Origin: a virus
Taxonomy: Duplodnaviria; Caudoviricetes
IMG/VR virus record: IMGVR_UViG_3300048582_000124
Location: 1-53,894 of that record
Length of the DNA: 53,894 nucleotides
Reading direction: 5' to 3' (one strand)
In this document: in pieces, positions 1 through 10,498 of the stretch
Numbering within the stretch: position 1 is the first letter of the stretch
How the letters are laid out: each line of letters opens with the position of its first letter
Made by a program: the position numbers and the translations under genes
The notes under the pieces: generated by a model
What the model was told of the DNA's origin: nothing
Seen by the model: the letters and a program-made list of their open reading frames with translations, nothing else
Database searches by the model: none

Positions 1-86
1 TAGCTGTCGCCTTTGATCGGCACACCAACTTTGTTAAAGTCGTTTCCTGTATTCGTCATCATAAGTATCGATGATCTAGTTGCCAT
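1..86 (-). CDS. Partial hypothetical late protein (N-terminus only, runs off the window)
   Basis: ATG at 86 with upstream AAGGAG; reads MATRSSILMMTNTGNDFNKVGVPIKGDS...; preceded by a GATAAATA motif. Confidence 0.7.
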   Translation of the reverse strand, partial: MATRSSILMMTNTGNDFNKVGVPIKGDS

Positions 87-113
87 TACACCTGCTCCTT
101 TTTGTTGTTGTAT

Positions 114-121
114 TATTTATC
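114..121 (-). promoter_or_regulatory. Putative phage late promoter GATAAATA
   Basis: Resembles T4 TATAAATA; intergenic, just downstream of a terminator. Confidence 0.6.
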
Positions 122-147
122 ATACTTACCCGAGTTTTACAGCCATT

Positions 148-174
148 AAAAAACCCGCACTAGGCGGGTTTTTT
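148..174. terminator. Intrinsic terminator (bidirectional form) after clpA
   Basis: AAAAAACCCGC-actag-GCGGGTTTTTT. Confidence 0.85.
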
Positions 175-188
175 GGTTCCAAGTTAGA

Positions 189-2408
189 TTACATTATCGC
201 AGCTACAACGGGTGTTTCGATTACGATGTCGTCGTCGGCTACGTTAACTGTAGCCCTCCCACCGCCGTTAAGATCGCCGTATAGTATTTTTTTACTAAGA
301 GGCTTCTTAATCTTGTCTTGAATTAGGCGTCCCAATGGACGCGCACCCATTTGCGGATCGTATCCATTTTTAGCCAACCATTCGCGTGCAGCATTTGTCA
401 ATGTCACGGCAACGGACTTAGAAGATAGCTGCTCGTTAACTTTGTCAATTTCTGCGTCAACTATATAAAACATCTCGCCCATAGTTAGTGAATTAAATTG
501 TACTACAGCATCTAAACGATTTCGAAACTCTGGCGGAAAGAACTTCTTCACGTTGTCTGCAATTGCATCGCTGTTAAATGTCTGTGCCTGAAAGCCAATG
601 CCACGCTTCTCTGCATCAGCAGCACCTAAGTTAGATGTCATTACAATTACTACGTTTTCAAAGCTAACAGTCTTGCCTTTGCTCGAAGTTAAGCGACCGT
701 CGTCCATTACTTGCAGCATTACTTGTGCAACTTCCGGAGCAGCCTTTTCGATTTCATCGAGTAGCAGGATGCAGTTAGGGTTCTCTTCGATCTCACTAAT
801 CAGCTGACCATCGCCCATCTTACCTTCGCCGTGCCCAACATATCCCGGAGGCGCACCGATTAAACGCGATACGCTATGCTTCTCTTGATACTCGGACATG
901 TCGAAACGTACAAGTTTAGTGCTTAATGCTTGTGCCAGTTGCTTGCATAGGAATGTTTTACCTGTGCCAGTTGGACCGACGAACAACAAGTTAGCAATCG
1001 GCTTGCCCGGGTCGCGCAATCCAGATTTAGCAACTTCCACAGCATCTACAATGATATCAACTGCTTTATCCTGGCCGAATACCTTATTCTTCAATTTAGC
1101 TTCGAGATTTTGCACAACCTCAACTTCTTTCAAACTGATCATGCTCAATGGAATCTTAGCAAGTTTAGCAACAGTTGCAAGAACTAAATCAGCATCTACT
1201 ACTGCAATTTCTTCTAGCTTTGCTTTTGCACCTGCGGAATCCATGATATCAATCGCTTTGTCCGGCAGGAATTTGTTATGAATGTAACGTGCGCTAAGAT
1301 CAACACAAAGATCAAGCGTACCTTCTGCGTACTGCACTTTGTGGAAGTCCACATAATACTTTTCCAAGCCTGCAAGAACACGCTTGCTATCTTCGATGCT
1401 AGGTTCTTTAATGTCGTACTTCGTGAAGCGGCGCATCAACGCCTTGTCTTTTTCGATATGTTCAGCATACTCGTCGTAAGTAGTTGCACCGATGCACATT
1501 AGTTTACCCTTAGCTAACAACGGCTTGAGCATATTACTTGCATCCATTGTATTGCCGCTAGTAGAGCCTGCGCCCATAATCATATGTATCTCGTCAATGA
1601 ACAAAATCACATTTCCTTTGGCTTCGATTTCGTCGAGTACACCTTTGAGTCGCTCTTCGAAGTCACCACGGAACTTCGTACCGGCTAGCATTGTGCCGAT
1701 GTCGAGGCTATACACAGTTTTGCCCTTGATTGCTTCCGGCACTGCACCGTCTACAATCATCTTAGCAATACCTTCTGCAACAGCAGTTTTACCTACGCCT
1801 GGCTCGCCAACATAAATTACGTTGTTCTTTTTGCGCTTTGCAAGAATCTCGATTGTGTCAGCTACTTCGGTTTCACGACCGACTACCGGATCGATATGCC
1901 CGTCTTCGCTATCTTTATTAAGATTACGACAGAAACGTTCTAAGGGGCTACCTTCGGCGCCGCCGACTTGACCTTCGCCATCGGCACGGAGCTGATTAAT
2001 AATCTTTTCGCGAGTAACACCGTGTTTGCCGAGAAAGAAAGCAGCGTGACTTTTTTCTTCACTTAAGATAGAAAGCAAAACTGCTTCTACTGTGAGTTCG
2101 TTACGACCGCTAAACACGAGTTGCGTCAATGCTCGCTGAAATACCCTGCTTAGGGCGTTAGTACGGCGAGGTTCTTGACTGTTACGCAATGCTTCCGGTA
2201 ATTCGTGCGACGGATCACTTAGGAAGTTTGTGCAATCGTTTTTAATTTTAGTAGGCTGTGACCCGATGCTAAGAAGTAAATTGCAAACTTCTTTTTCGTG
2301 CAGCAATGACCACAGTAAGTGTTCAATGGTAACGTACTCGTGATGGTTATCGGTCGCGTAGAATACTGCCCGATCAATCATTTTCTCGATTCGCTTATTA
2401 TTTGACAT
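189..2408 (-). CDS. clpA: ATP-dependent Clp protease ATP-binding subunit ClpA
   Basis: Clp N-domain; Walker A motifs GEPGVGKT and GPTGTGKT; RFDMSEYQE; IGF loop (RGIGFQ); no middle coiled coil. Confidence 0.95.
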   Translation of the reverse strand: MSNNKRIEKMIDRAVFYATDNHHEYVTIEHLLWSLLHEKEVCNLLLSIGSQPTKIKNDCTNFLSDPSHELPEALRNSQEPRRTNALSRVFQRALTQLVFSGRNELTVEAVLLSILSEEKSHAAFFLGKHGVTREKIINQLRADGEGQVGGAEGSPLERFCRNLNKDSEDGHIDPVVGRETEVADTIEILAKRKKNNVIYVGEPGVGKTAVAEGIAKMIVDGAVPEAIKGKTVYSLDIGTMLAGTKFRGDFEERLKGVLDEIEAKGNVILFIDEIHMIMGAGSTSGNTMDASNMLKPLLAKGKLMCIGATTYDEYAEHIEKDKALMRRFTKYDIKEPSIEDSKRVLAGLEKYYVDFHKVQYAEGTLDLCVDLSARYIHNKFLPDKAIDIMDSAGAKAKLEEIAVVDADLVLATVAKLAKIPLSMISLKEVEVVQNLEAKLKNKVFGQDKAVDIIVDAVEVAKSGLRDPGKPIANLLFVGPTGTGKTFLCKQLAQALSTKLVRFDMSEYQEKHSVSRLIGAPPGYVGHGEGKMGDGQLISEIEENPNCILLLDEIEKAAPEVAQVMLQVMDDGRLTSSKGKTVSFENVVIVMTSNLGAADAEKRGIGFQAQTFNSDAIADNVKKFFPPEFRNRLDAVVQFNSLTMGEMFYIVDAEIDKVNEQLSSKSVAVTLTNAAREWLAKNGYDPQMGARPLGRLIQDKIKKPLSKKILYGDLNGGGRATVNVADDDIVIETPVVAAIM

Positions 2409-2416
2409 ATAATTCC

Positions 2417-3184
2417 TTATAGTTCGATGATTTTACGACTAGCATAGTTTGCTGCAAGAGCTTCACGTGCGCTGTCGGATAGTTTAGGGATAGTGACATT
2501 ACATTTTACTAGCAAGTCACCGTGTCGGTTTACTTCTGGATTGGGCATGCCCTTGCCGGCTAGTTTAATAACTTGACCGACTTGAGTCCCTGGTTGGAAT
2601 TTAAATTTCAGTTTGTTTCCGTTTATGTGCTTAACTTCTACCTCTACACCTAGTATAGCTTCGAACGCATTGATTGTAACTTCTAATAAAAGATCATCAT
2701 TAGATCTTTTAAATTTAGGATGTGGCGTAACCTCAACAGCAACCAACGCACCGTTGACATACATACGATTGCCAGATCTAATACCTGCAGGTATCCTGAC
2801 AGGATTAGTACCGACACTAATCGTGCAGCCGGTATACGCTTGCTCTAGACTAATAGTTGCAGTGTATGATTGGCGTCGAGATCTCTGCTCTTCTTGTCGA
2901 GCATTAAATTGTCTGAACAAATCAGCGAACTCACCGGCTCTATCAAAATCTGTAAACTCGTGTCGTTGCCAGCCGTCGTTCTTAGGTGGATTTTCGTACG
3001 CTTCGCGCTTATCTTTATCAGATAGTACCTCATACGCTTCGGTGATTTCTTTAAACTTATCTTCAGCACCGGCATCTTTATTCCGATCTGGGTGAAACTG
3101 CATCGCTAATTTACGATAAGATTTTTTGATTTCTTCATCAGTGGCCTGGCGTGTTACACCAAGTATAGCATGATAATTTTTCAT
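2417..3184 (-). CDS. dnaJ: DnaJ/CbpA-type co-chaperone without zinc finger
   Basis: J-domain with HPD (FHPDRN) plus DnaJ C-terminal domain. Confidence 0.9.
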   Translation of the reverse strand: MKNYHAILGVTRQATDEEIKKSYRKLAMQFHPDRNKDAGAEDKFKEITEAYEVLSDKDKREAYENPPKNDGWQRHEFTDFDRAGEFADLFRQFNARQEEQRSRRQSYTATISLEQAYTGCTISVGTNPVRIPAGIRSGNRMYVNGALVAVEVTPHPKFKRSNDDLLLEVTINAFEAILGVEVEVKHINGNKLKFKFQPGTQVGQVIKLAGKGMPNPEVNRHGDLLVKCNVTIPKLSDSAREALAANYASRKIIEL

Positions 3185-3402
3185 CAGTATCGGTACACTA
3201 TTCTTCCTAAGGATAGATCGTATGGGCTAACTTCGACGTCTACATCATCGCCTTTTAAAATTGCAATGTTGTTCTTTCGAATACGCCCGCTAATTATGCA
3301 ATTAATCGTGTGACCATTTTCTATTACTACGGCCTTAAATTTAGCGCCAGGAAAAGCATCTATGATAGTACACTTTAGTTTTACTAAGTCTTTGCTACTC
3401 AT
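3184..3402 (-). CDS. infA: Translation initiation factor IF-1
   Basis: 72 aa; [35 protein letters not shown]. Confidence 0.93.
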   Translation of the reverse strand: MSSKDLVKLKCTIIDAFPGAKFKAVVIENGHTINCIISGRIRKNNIAILKGDDVDVEVSPYDLSLGRIVYRY

Positions 3403-3405
3403 GTG

Positions 3406-4140
3406 TTATATGCCATATTTAAAGTGTATATCATCCACGAGTAAAATTTCGTTATTTTGATTTTCAAGTGCTACCATTTTTCCTAAGTCGTGTACGCTCC
3501 ATCCTTTACCTAGCATAGAAGCTAACGTAACTATTTCTATGTTAGATGACATTTTGATGGCAGATTCGCTTAAACAGTGCATTGCCGACATACGGTCGAA
3601 TGTTCCAAAGTCTATAACTCTTGCTGCTAGTCTGCTGTTATTGTCCGTAATTATAACATAGTCTCTGTCGGTAGTCAAGCCAGATATATCGGAATTTTTT
3701 AAACTTTCTTCAATCTTTATATCTATCTTAAATTCGTCCTTAGGTACATATTGGGTTGGTTCGACGATTATGTAATTAAACAAGTCTGGATCATATAAAG
3801 ATATGGCATGGTCGAGTAAGTAAGGCTTAACCATCCAATCTTGTTTTCCTGTTATATTCTCTATATCTTGTATAAATTTAAAAAACATCTTTTGAAATTC
3901 TAAGGTTCTTTCGAATTCGACAAATACTAAGTATTCACCGTTCTCATCTGGGTTAGGACTAACTTCAGCATCTAAGATATTAAACGAGCCACGTTGTATA
4001 AACGTGTTTAAATCTTGCGCAGGCTCATCGTCGTAAAAATAGAAACCAACTACAATAACTGCTAAAGTGTCGCCCAGTTTAGGGTCGAACTCGTCAACTG
4101 AGATTAAGGAACGAATAGTACCGTTAAGTTCTCCTTTCAT
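3406..4140 (-). CDS. Hypothetical phage protein
   Basis: 244-aa ORF, translationally coupled to neighbours. Confidence 0.7.
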   Translation of the reverse strand: MKGELNGTIRSLISVDEFDPKLGDTLAVIVVGFYFYDDEPAQDLNTFIQRGSFNILDAEVSPNPDENGEYLVFVEFERTLEFQKMFFKFIQDIENITGKQDWMVKPYLLDHAISLYDPDLFNYIIVEPTQYVPKDEFKIDIKIEESLKNSDISGLTTDRDYVIITDNNSRLAARVIDFGTFDRMSAMHCLSESAIKMSSNIEIVTLASMLGKGWSVHDLGKMVALENQNNEILLVDDIHFKYGI

Positions 4141-4676
4141 TACATCGATCCCTCGAACTCGTCTGTATCCCCCATACCTTCCTCAGGTGCCATCTCGTTG
4201 TTTATCTCGTCGGCGACTTCTTCACCAGAAGTGTCGAATTCGTCGTCTAAATAATCATGCAATGCATCGAGGTGCCCTACGACATACTTAGTCGGCATAT
4301 CGATAGTGACTATCCATATCGGTAGCTCGTCTATGATTGCTGCTTTAGTTTTTTGGTCACTCCAGTCTTTCGGTGATAGTACACGCCGAGGTTGATTTAA
4401 TATGTCTTTAGAGTAATGCACTTTACAACCTATCTTTTCTAAACGAAGGGCACCGTCTGGATCGGGCATTAGCTTATACGGATACATCCACGAAGTTTTA
4501 AACCAATACTTAGAAATGTGTGGACCGTCTACTAACTCGCCTGCAATCCAATTCTTGTAGTAAAATAAACCAGTCTCGTCGATAGTACGCTCAAATTCCA
4601 TCAAGAGTTCCAATACTGAATCTCCTCTTGTAATTCGTGCAAGCGTTTTTTTAATATTTTCTAAACCCTGGGGCAT
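4140..4676 (-). CDS. Hypothetical phage protein, acidic C-terminus
   Basis: 178-aa ORF with SD and upstream late motif. Confidence 0.7.
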   Translation of the reverse strand: MPQGLENIKKTLARITRGDSVLELLMEFERTIDETGLFYYKNWIAGELVDGPHISKYWFKTSWMYPYKLMPDPDGALRLEKIGCKVHYSKDILNQPRRVLSPKDWSDQKTKAAIIDELPIWIVTIDMPTKYVVGHLDALHDYLDDEFDTSGEEVADEINNEMAPEEGMGDTDEFEGSM

Positions 4677-4700
4677 ACGGTTTCCTCACAATATATAACA

Positions 4701-4708
4701 TATTTATC
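4701..4708 (-). promoter_or_regulatory. Putative late promoter GATAAATA
   Basis: Motif 25 nt upstream of the ATG at 4676. Confidence 0.6.
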
Positions 4709-4784
4709 TAATTTTGTTAATTATTTATAGATTAATGAAATGCAACAATAACGCCTTATTAATAACCTAAATGTTTCTCACAAT

Positions 4785-4792
4785 GCTAAATA
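4785..4792 (+). promoter_or_regulatory. Putative late promoter GCTAAATA
   Basis: 8 nt upstream of the ATG at 4801. Confidence 0.5.
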
Positions 4793-4800
4793 CTTTTGCA

Positions 4801-5652
4801 ATGAAAACACAAACTCCAACCGATAACATATATAAATTCCCTGGAAAGAAATCTAGGCCGAATAAGAACGACCACGATAATCGTTCCGGGACATCTAATA
4901 AAGATGACAACAGGAGGTTACCTTTGGCAAAACCAAAAAGAGCAAACTATAGCAAACAACAGCAGCAAGTAATCAATCTTAGCGAAGCTAGAGATGATGC
5001 GCTAAAGTATAAAAGATCTAAGCAAGTAACTATTATTCCTAAGAATACCGCACAGGAAGAATACGTTACACAGCTAGCAGACTACAATACTAGAATAACA
5101 TTTGCGATAGGACCAGCAGGCACAGGTAAGACAATGCTCGCAGTATTACAAGCTATTAATTCTCTAAAAAACGGAGACGTTAGCCGCATAGTAATAACGC
5201 GACCCGCAGTAGGTGTTGAAAATGAAAATCACGGTTTCTTACCGGGAACACTAGAAGAAAAAATGGCGCCATGGGTGCGTCCCATTATGGATGTGTTTGA
5301 AGAGTACTGGTCTCCGAAAGAAATCCAAGCAATGATCGAAGAACGCATCGTTGAGATTTCACCATTAATGTATATGAGGGGGAGGACATTCAAAGATTGT
5401 TATATCGTTGCAGACGAAATGCAAAACGCAACACCGGAGCAGATGAAAATGTTACTCACGCGCATCGGTGGTGGCACTCGTGTATCGGTCACGGGTGACT
5501 TAGATCAAACTGATCACAAGAAAATGAACGGTTTACACGACGTAACGAAAAGGATTAAGGCAAAGAGCTCTAGAGCAATATCTATCTGTGAGTTCCAAGC
5601 ATGCCACGTAGAACGTGACGAGATCGTAAAAGAAGTGCTTTCATTGTACTAA
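4801..5652 (+). CDS. phoH: PhoH family ATPase with basic N-terminal extension
   Basis: GPAGTGKT, GFLPG, YMRGRTF, DEMQN, GDLDQTD; start position uncertain. Confidence 0.93.
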   Translation: MKTQTPTDNIYKFPGKKSRPNKNDHDNRSGTSNKDDNRRLPLAKPKRANYSKQQQQVINLSEARDDALKYKRSKQVTIIPKNTAQEEYVTQLADYNTRITFAIGPAGTGKTMLAVLQAINSLKNGDVSRIVITRPAVGVENENHGFLPGTLEEKMAPWVRPIMDVFEEYWSPKEIQAMIEERIVEISPLMYMRGRTFKDCYIVADEMQNATPEQMKMLLTRIGGGTRVSVTGDLDQTDHKKMNGLHDVTKRIKAKSSRAISICEFQACHVERDEIVKEVLSLY

Positions 5653-5682
5653 AAAAGATAGGGGCGAAAGCCCCTATCTTTA
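5651..5682. terminator. Bidirectional intrinsic terminator between convergent genes
   Basis: AAAGATAGGGGC-gaaa-GCCCCTATCTTT. Confidence 0.9.
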
Positions 5683-6195
5683 TTACGCATTTTCCTCGCT
5701 CCGCCACCTTATGTGATTGGATACAACCATATACTTCTTAAAAGATTCTACTGATATTTCTTTTCTAGTCTTTACGTCCCACGCTTTGTCTTCGTACTTC
5801 TTTTCTAAGTAAAATTCAAAGTTCTGTGTTTGTGTTTGGTTAGTGTTGCCACAACCTGCTGCAAAGTTAGTGCCTGTTGCAACTTTATCCTTTACTCGCC
5901 AAATCAGCGTTCTAAGACTATTGTATCCGTCCTTATACCGAACGTCAGGCAAATCAGTAACAAGCTCTCGCGAACCGATAAAGATGCGAGGAATGTCATA
6001 TTCCTCGCATGCTGCGAAAAGTTTTTCAGCATTCACTGCTAACTGAAATTCGGCTATGTGGTGTTCTTCGATTGCTGCTTCGTATTCCGGCAGTAAGACG
6101 AATCGTCGCAGTTCATCTGCGTATTGCATTTTCCATTGAAGTTCTTTTATTCGCGCTGATGCGTCATGAAATGCATTACTAAATTTTAAACTCAC
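5683..6195 (-). CDS. Hypothetical protein
   Basis: 170-aa ORF. Confidence 0.65.
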   Translation of the reverse strand: MSLKFSNAFHDASARIKELQWKMQYADELRRFVLLPEYEAAIEEHHIAEFQLAVNAEKLFAACEEYDIPRIFIGSRELVTDLPDVRYKDGYNSLRTLIWRVKDKVATGTNFAAGCGNTNQTQTQNFEFYLEKKYEDKAWDVKTRKEISVESFKKYMVVSNHIRWRSEENA

Positions 6196-6407
6196 GGTAA
6201 TTCACCTTTGCCATCTTCAAAAAAAGCGCGAGCACGTTCGGAGTAATAACCCACATGTCCACATTGTGTACAACAATAAGTATGCAATCCTGTGTCTACA
6301 AATGTACTTGTAGTAACCCATACATCTTTGTAAATCATTTCACCGGTGTACATACATTCACCCCAGCATTCGGTTTCCCGTTTTCGGATCTCGTGTGTAC
6401 AATTCAT
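6192..6407 (-). CDS. Small Cys-rich hypothetical protein (possible zinc ribbon)
   Basis: CxH...CCTQCG. Confidence 0.6.
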   Translation of the reverse strand: MNCTHEIRKRETECWGECMYTGEMIYKDVWVTTSTFVDTGLHTYCCTQCGHVGYYSERARAFFEDGKGELP

Positions 6408-6411
6408 GTTA

Positions 6412-6440
6412 ATAATAGCACTCTGTCATGTGTTTGTCAA
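6412..6440 (-). promoter_or_regulatory. sigma70-type promoter
   Basis: TTGACA-17-TATTAT. Confidence 0.65.
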
Positions 6441-6445
6441 CATGT

Positions 6446-6649
6446 TTACGCTGGCATTTCGTTAAATGCAGAACATTCTGCATGGTCGCGTGGATCATAT
6501 TCTTCCCAATCACCGGCTAGCTTATCTTCGTCAGGGACTCTTTCGTCTAGTGAGACTGTGTGATTTTTCCAGTACTTCACGGCTGGATTACTTTTTCGCC
6601 TAATTGCAGATCTTGTGTGACATATTTGTTTTGCAGATTCGTAATCCAC
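6446..6649 (-). CDS. Hypothetical protein
   Basis: 67-aa ORF filling the gap after guaC. Confidence 0.6.
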   Translation of the reverse strand: MDYESAKQICHTRSAIRRKSNPAVKYWKNHTVSLDERVPDEDKLAGDWEEYDPRDHAECSAFNEMPA

Positions 6650-6650
6650 G

Positions 6651-7661
6651 TTAGTCCCCTGTGGTGTTCTTTTCGTATATACGGTTGTACTGATTGTTCA
6701 CGCGAATGAATGTAGTACACTTAGGCAAATCTTTAAGTGTTGCAGCGCCGACGTAAGTACACGTTGATCGCAACCCGCCTAGTATTTCCTGCACAGTGTT
6801 TGCAATAGGTCCTTTCATATCCACTGCAACAGTTCTGCCTTCGCTAGCACGATAATCTTTCAAGCCGGTGCCATGCTTGTCTTGTGCAGACTTGGATGAC
6901 ATACCGTAAAATTGTGTACCTGTCTCGACATGCCCGGCGAACATAGATCCCAGCATAACAAAGTCTGCGCCTGCACCAAATGCTTTTGCAACATCACCTG
7001 GACAAGTGCAACCACCGTCAGCAATAATATGACCACCGAGCCCGTGTGCAGCATCAGCGCATTCTATGACTGCACTCAGTTGCGGATAGCCCACGCCTGT
7101 TTTAATGCGAGTCGTGCATACACCGCCGCTGCCGATACCTACCTTAACAATGTCAGCTCCGGCAAGAATTAGCTCTTGTGTCATGTCAGCAGTGACTACA
7201 TTACCTGCGATAATGGTCATATACGGATACGAATTTCTCAGATGTTTAATTGTTTCTGCAAATCGTGCGGTGTAGCCATTAGCAACGTCAACACACATAA
7301 ATTTTATTTCAACGTTAGCGCATATGATGTCCTCTAGACGTTGCAAATCATCTTCACCGATACCGCACGATACAGCAACGTTGCCGAAATTATCAAGTGG
7401 AACATTGTCCCAATCAGCAGGAGTATAGTGTTTATGTATGCAAGTAAATAAACCGTGATCATTTAGTGCATTGGCTACACTAAACTTGCCAATGGTATCC
7501 ATATTTGCTGCCATAATCGGAATACCGGTGTATGTCTTGCCAGAGTTACGAAATGTAAAAGTACGCTCTAAAGACACTTCCTTTCTGGAAGTTAATGTGC
7601 TTCGCTTTGGTCGAAATAGTACATCCGAATAATCTAGCTTAATTTCATCCTCAATTCTCAC
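6651..7661 (-). CDS. guaC: GMP reductase
   Basis: [49 protein letters not shown]. Confidence 0.95.
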   Translation of the reverse strand: MRIEDEIKLDYSDVLFRPKRSTLTSRKEVSLERTFTFRNSGKTYTGIPIMAANMDTIGKFSVANALNDHGLFTCIHKHYTPADWDNVPLDNFGNVAVSCGIGEDDLQRLEDIICANVEIKFMCVDVANGYTARFAETIKHLRNSYPYMTIIAGNVVTADMTQELILAGADIVKVGIGSGGVCTTRIKTGVGYPQLSAVIECADAAHGLGGHIIADGGCTCPGDVAKAFGAGADFVMLGSMFAGHVETGTQFYGMSSKSAQDKHGTGLKDYRASEGRTVAVDMKGPIANTVQEILGGLRSTCTYVGAATLKDLPKCTTFIRVNNQYNRIYEKNTTGD

Positions 7662-8284
7662 TGAAAACTCTCCATTGTATCGTAACCGTATTCAAACATG
7701 ACCCAGCTATAAATATCTCGCCATGGATTCTTCATAGAAGTGCGACAAAACAAATCTGTTTTGTAATGTGCATTATACGGCGCAGATACAAGAATAGTTT
7801 TTAGCCCTACTTCGTATCCTGCTTCCGCGTTAGAGAAGTGATCTTCTAACCAAAAGAATCCACTGTCAGCCCAACGCTCGAGCACATGCCCTTTGGCGGA
7901 GCCGATTTGCAAGCAGATAATTTCATCAAACACATCACCGAAGATGCTGTGCAGATTTTCTGTGCGATATTTCAAAGCACACGGTGCATCGCTGAGGCTA
8001 GTAATTGCAACAAAACGAAAACCTTCTTTTACGAGTTTACTAACATACTCTACTGCGCCCGGCAGTGGTTCTAGTGTAGCAATATGTTCGGAATCGTTAA
8101 ATTCCTCTACAAGGCTACGCATTACTTCGTGAGTTGCGTCAAATCGCAATCCCAGATTGTAATGGTGGTCGGTTGCTGCGAGACGCTTTAATCCTTTGGA
8201 GATTGCGAACTCTTCGAATGCCGTGTTCCAGTTACAAAGTACTCCGTCCACATCGGTTAAAATGATTTTTTCTTTACTTTTCAT
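7658..8284 (-). CDS. HAD-superfamily hydrolase / 5'(3')-nucleotidase (T4 gp30.2-like)
   Basis: LTDVDGVL motif I; WLEDH motif IV. Confidence 0.8.
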   Translation of the reverse strand: MKSKEKIILTDVDGVLCNWNTAFEEFAISKGLKRLAATDHHYNLGLRFDATHEVMRSLVEEFNDSEHIATLEPLPGAVEYVSKLVKEGFRFVAITSLSDAPCALKYRTENLHSIFGDVFDEIICLQIGSAKGHVLERWADSGFFWLEDHFSNAEAGYEVGLKTILVSAPYNAHYKTDLFCRTSMKNPWRDIYSWVMFEYGYDTMESFQ

Positions 8285-8616
8285 TACAAGTCTTCCGGGA
8301 GAGAGTATTGTTTTTCAGCACGAGCTTGCCAGCCTTTGTAAGCCATGTTGATGAATCCGTTTACATAAAAATCGCCGCCAGCTTTCGCAGGTGCCGATTC
8401 GTATTGCATATCTTCGGTTAGGTAAGGATAGTGAGAATATTCTTCTTTAAACCATGCTTCGAACGCTAACCTTTCTTCTTCGTTTGAAAATTCAACTACC
8501 GGGGTAAGTAGCTCAATTAAGTCCCTCGGATAAATTAATATCGGACATACTAACGATTCGATATAATTTTCACCATCCGGTTGCCAGTGCCACACGTTGT
8601 CTTTCTCAGTTAACAT
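8284..8616 (-). CDS. Hypothetical protein
   Basis: 110-aa ORF downstream of a consensus promoter. Confidence 0.65.
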   Translation of the reverse strand: MLTEKDNVWHWQPDGENYIESLVCPILIYPRDLIELLTPVVEFSNEEERLAFEAWFKEEYSHYPYLTEDMQYESAPAKAGGDFYVNGFINMAYKGWQARAEKQYSLPEDL

Positions 8617-8649
8617 TGCTGTGCCTGTATAACATTAGTTTATACCGTT

Positions 8650-8678
8650 ATTATAACAAAGTAAGGCAGTATTGTCAA
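8650..8678 (-). promoter_or_regulatory. Perfect sigma70 (early) promoter
   Basis: TTGACA-17-TATAAT. Confidence 0.85.
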
Positions 8679-8681
8679 CTG

Positions 8682-8996
8682 TTATTTAAAATCTCTATAC
8701 GGGAAATAGCATTGCAGTGTATCTGTTGCGTCCGGATACATTTCTAACACCCTACGTAACACTTCTGCATAATCAACACCTTCGTGCCTACATTTTTCTA
8801 TAGTCTCGTGTGTTATGTCAAGCACAATACTTGCCATAAACAATTCACGCATAGGAAGAGAATATCTTTCCCCGACAATGACAGCTTCTCGTGCTTGCAC
8901 TATCTTATAGCTATCTGTATAGACCATTAGCAATATAGTATACTGTGGGCCTTGGAGTTTTTTAATAATCTTGTCGGCTTCGGTGCAGGGTTGCAT
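8682..8996 (-). CDS. Hypothetical protein, probable paralogue of 9233..9562
   Basis: Start reassigned to MQPCTE; ASIVLDITHETIEKCR...YP. Confidence 0.6.
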   Translation of the reverse strand: MQPCTEADKIIKKLQGPQYTILLMVYTDSYKIVQAREAVIVGERYSLPMRELFMASIVLDITHETIEKCRHEGVDYAEVLRRVLEMYPDATDTLQCYFPYRDFK

Positions 8997-9001
8997 TATG
9001 C

Positions 9002-9229
9002 TTACCTTTTTACGTTGGAGGTACACTTGTAAACGCACTTTCCGTTTACACAGTTAGGGCAGGTTGGCATCGGAAGCTGGCACTTACCGTCGCCGCATAC
9101 TTCACACACTTCGGAATACGCTAAGCCTTGTATTCTAAGAATCTTAGTACACCGGGCATATTTGCTAACTGGGTTAGGTTCGTCACCGCACGGGTGCGGT
9201 CGTTCGGGCACGAATGTAGAAACAGACAT
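9002..9229 (-). CDS. Small Cys-rich hypothetical protein
   Basis: 75 aa, CEVC..C..CPNC..C..C; fills the gap exactly. Confidence 0.55.
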   Translation of the reverse strand: MSVSTFVPERPHPCGDEPNPVSKYARCTKILRIQGLAYSEVCEVCGDGKCQLPMPTCPNCVNGKCVYKCTSNVKR

Positions 9230-9232
9230 TTA

Positions 9233-9562
9233 TTATACTCCGGTAATAGCAGCGGATATATCTTCTGTAGTAGCAACAACAGACGTCGGTTTATATTCAT
9301 TTGCAAGCTCGCCCATTTGCTGTGGATAATGCCTGTGTAGGTACCAAATGTAATCCTGATATGTTCCGCTGTTTCTATCCTTAACAATCTTTTCTTTGAT
9401 AAAGTCGATAATTAACGTAGCTGATGTATGATGACGAGTTTTAAGTTGATCGACAAATTCACACTTCTCTTGTGTCCGTGCTTTGCGATCCTCAGTAACC
9501 TTAGTGTGTGTCAACACAATGAATACATTTTTTGCTTTACCGCGTGGTACCGTAATTGCCAT
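9233..9562 (-). CDS. Hypothetical protein
   Basis: 109-aa ORF. Confidence 0.7.
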   Translation of the reverse strand: MAITVPRGKAKNVFIVLTHTKVTEDRKARTQEKCEFVDQLKTRHHTSATLIIDFIKEKIVKDRNSGTYQDYIWYLHRHYPQQMGELANEYKPTSVVATTEDISAAITGV

Positions 9563-9571
9563 GTGTCTATT

Positions 9572-10498
9572 TTATCCTCTTGCTATAATTTCGAGTTCAC
9601 AAAGTGTTGCACTCAGGTTGATTTCGGGGTCAGCGCACGATACGTGTTTTACCAGACCATTGCGGATTGTAACAATAGCTTCGTTTTCTTTGTCTTCGGT
9701 GTCTGCCCATAAGTCTAAATTTTGATACATAAATCTGAACATATCTTCGTATTCTTCTGCTCCTACTTGAGAGCAAATTAGTTTACGTGCCTCTTTATAT
9801 TTCTTACTACGAAACAATGCAATCATTTCTAGTTTATAGTCTGCTTCTGCCGATTCACCTTCGCCCGGTCTATCTAAAGAACCTTGCTGAGAATTCATCT
9901 GGCATAAATTAATGCATTTACGCATATCAGGATACGCTGCTGCGACATACATGTCAAGTGTTTCTAAATCAAATTCTACGTTTTCCGAAATTAATACAGT
10001 AGCAACCCTTGCGGCAAATTCTCCGCGATCAAGTTTTTCAATTACAAAACCTTGACAACGTGAATGTATTGCCGGAATAATTTTATGTGCATAGTTTGCA
10101 GTGAGAATGAATCTGCAACTGTTGCTAAACTTTTCCATAACGCCACGCAGTGCTGCTTGTCCATTTGGCGAAATATAATCAGCTTCGTCTAATAACACAT
10201 AACGAAACTCACCGAACCCCATAGTAGTTGCAAAATTAGTAATCCTATTTCGCACTTCGTCGACCCCGTTTTCGGTCGAACCGTTCATCTCTAACACATC
10301 GCCCCAGTCCACACCTAACTCGTGCAATAATACTTTTGCAAGTGTAGTCTTGCCGCTACCGGGGGAACCCGTGAATAATAAGTGGGGTATCGCGCCTGTT
10401 GCTATCCAACTCTGCACCTGTTTTTTTTGTCGCTCGTCACGGAATACATATTCCGAAACAGATTTAGGCCTATAGGCCTCTACCCATAACTTTTGCAT
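9572..10498 (-). CDS. Sliding-clamp loader ATPase subunit (T4 gp44 / RFC-like)
   Basis: LWVEAYRP, GSPGSGKT, LLDEAD, HSRC. Confidence 0.92.
   Translation of the reverse strand: MQKLWVEAYRPKSVSEYVFRDERQKKQVQSWIATGAIPHLLFTGSPGSGKTTLAKVLLHELGVDWGDVLEMNGSTENGVDEVRNRITNFATTMGFGEFRYVLLDEADYISPNGQAALRGVMEKFSNSCRFILTANYAHKIIPAIHSRCQGFVIEKLDRGEFAARVATVLISENVEFDLETLDMYVAAAYPDMRKCINLCQMNSQQGSLDRPGEGESAEADYKLEMIALFRSKKYKEARKLICSQVGAEEYEDMFRFMYQNLDLWADTEDKENEAIVTIRNGLVKHVSCADPEINLSATLCELEIIARG

Noticed and set aside
189-2408. ClpB/ClpC or T6SS ClpV
   Set aside because: No middle coiled-coil domain, an IGF loop is present, and clpS is encoded in the same window
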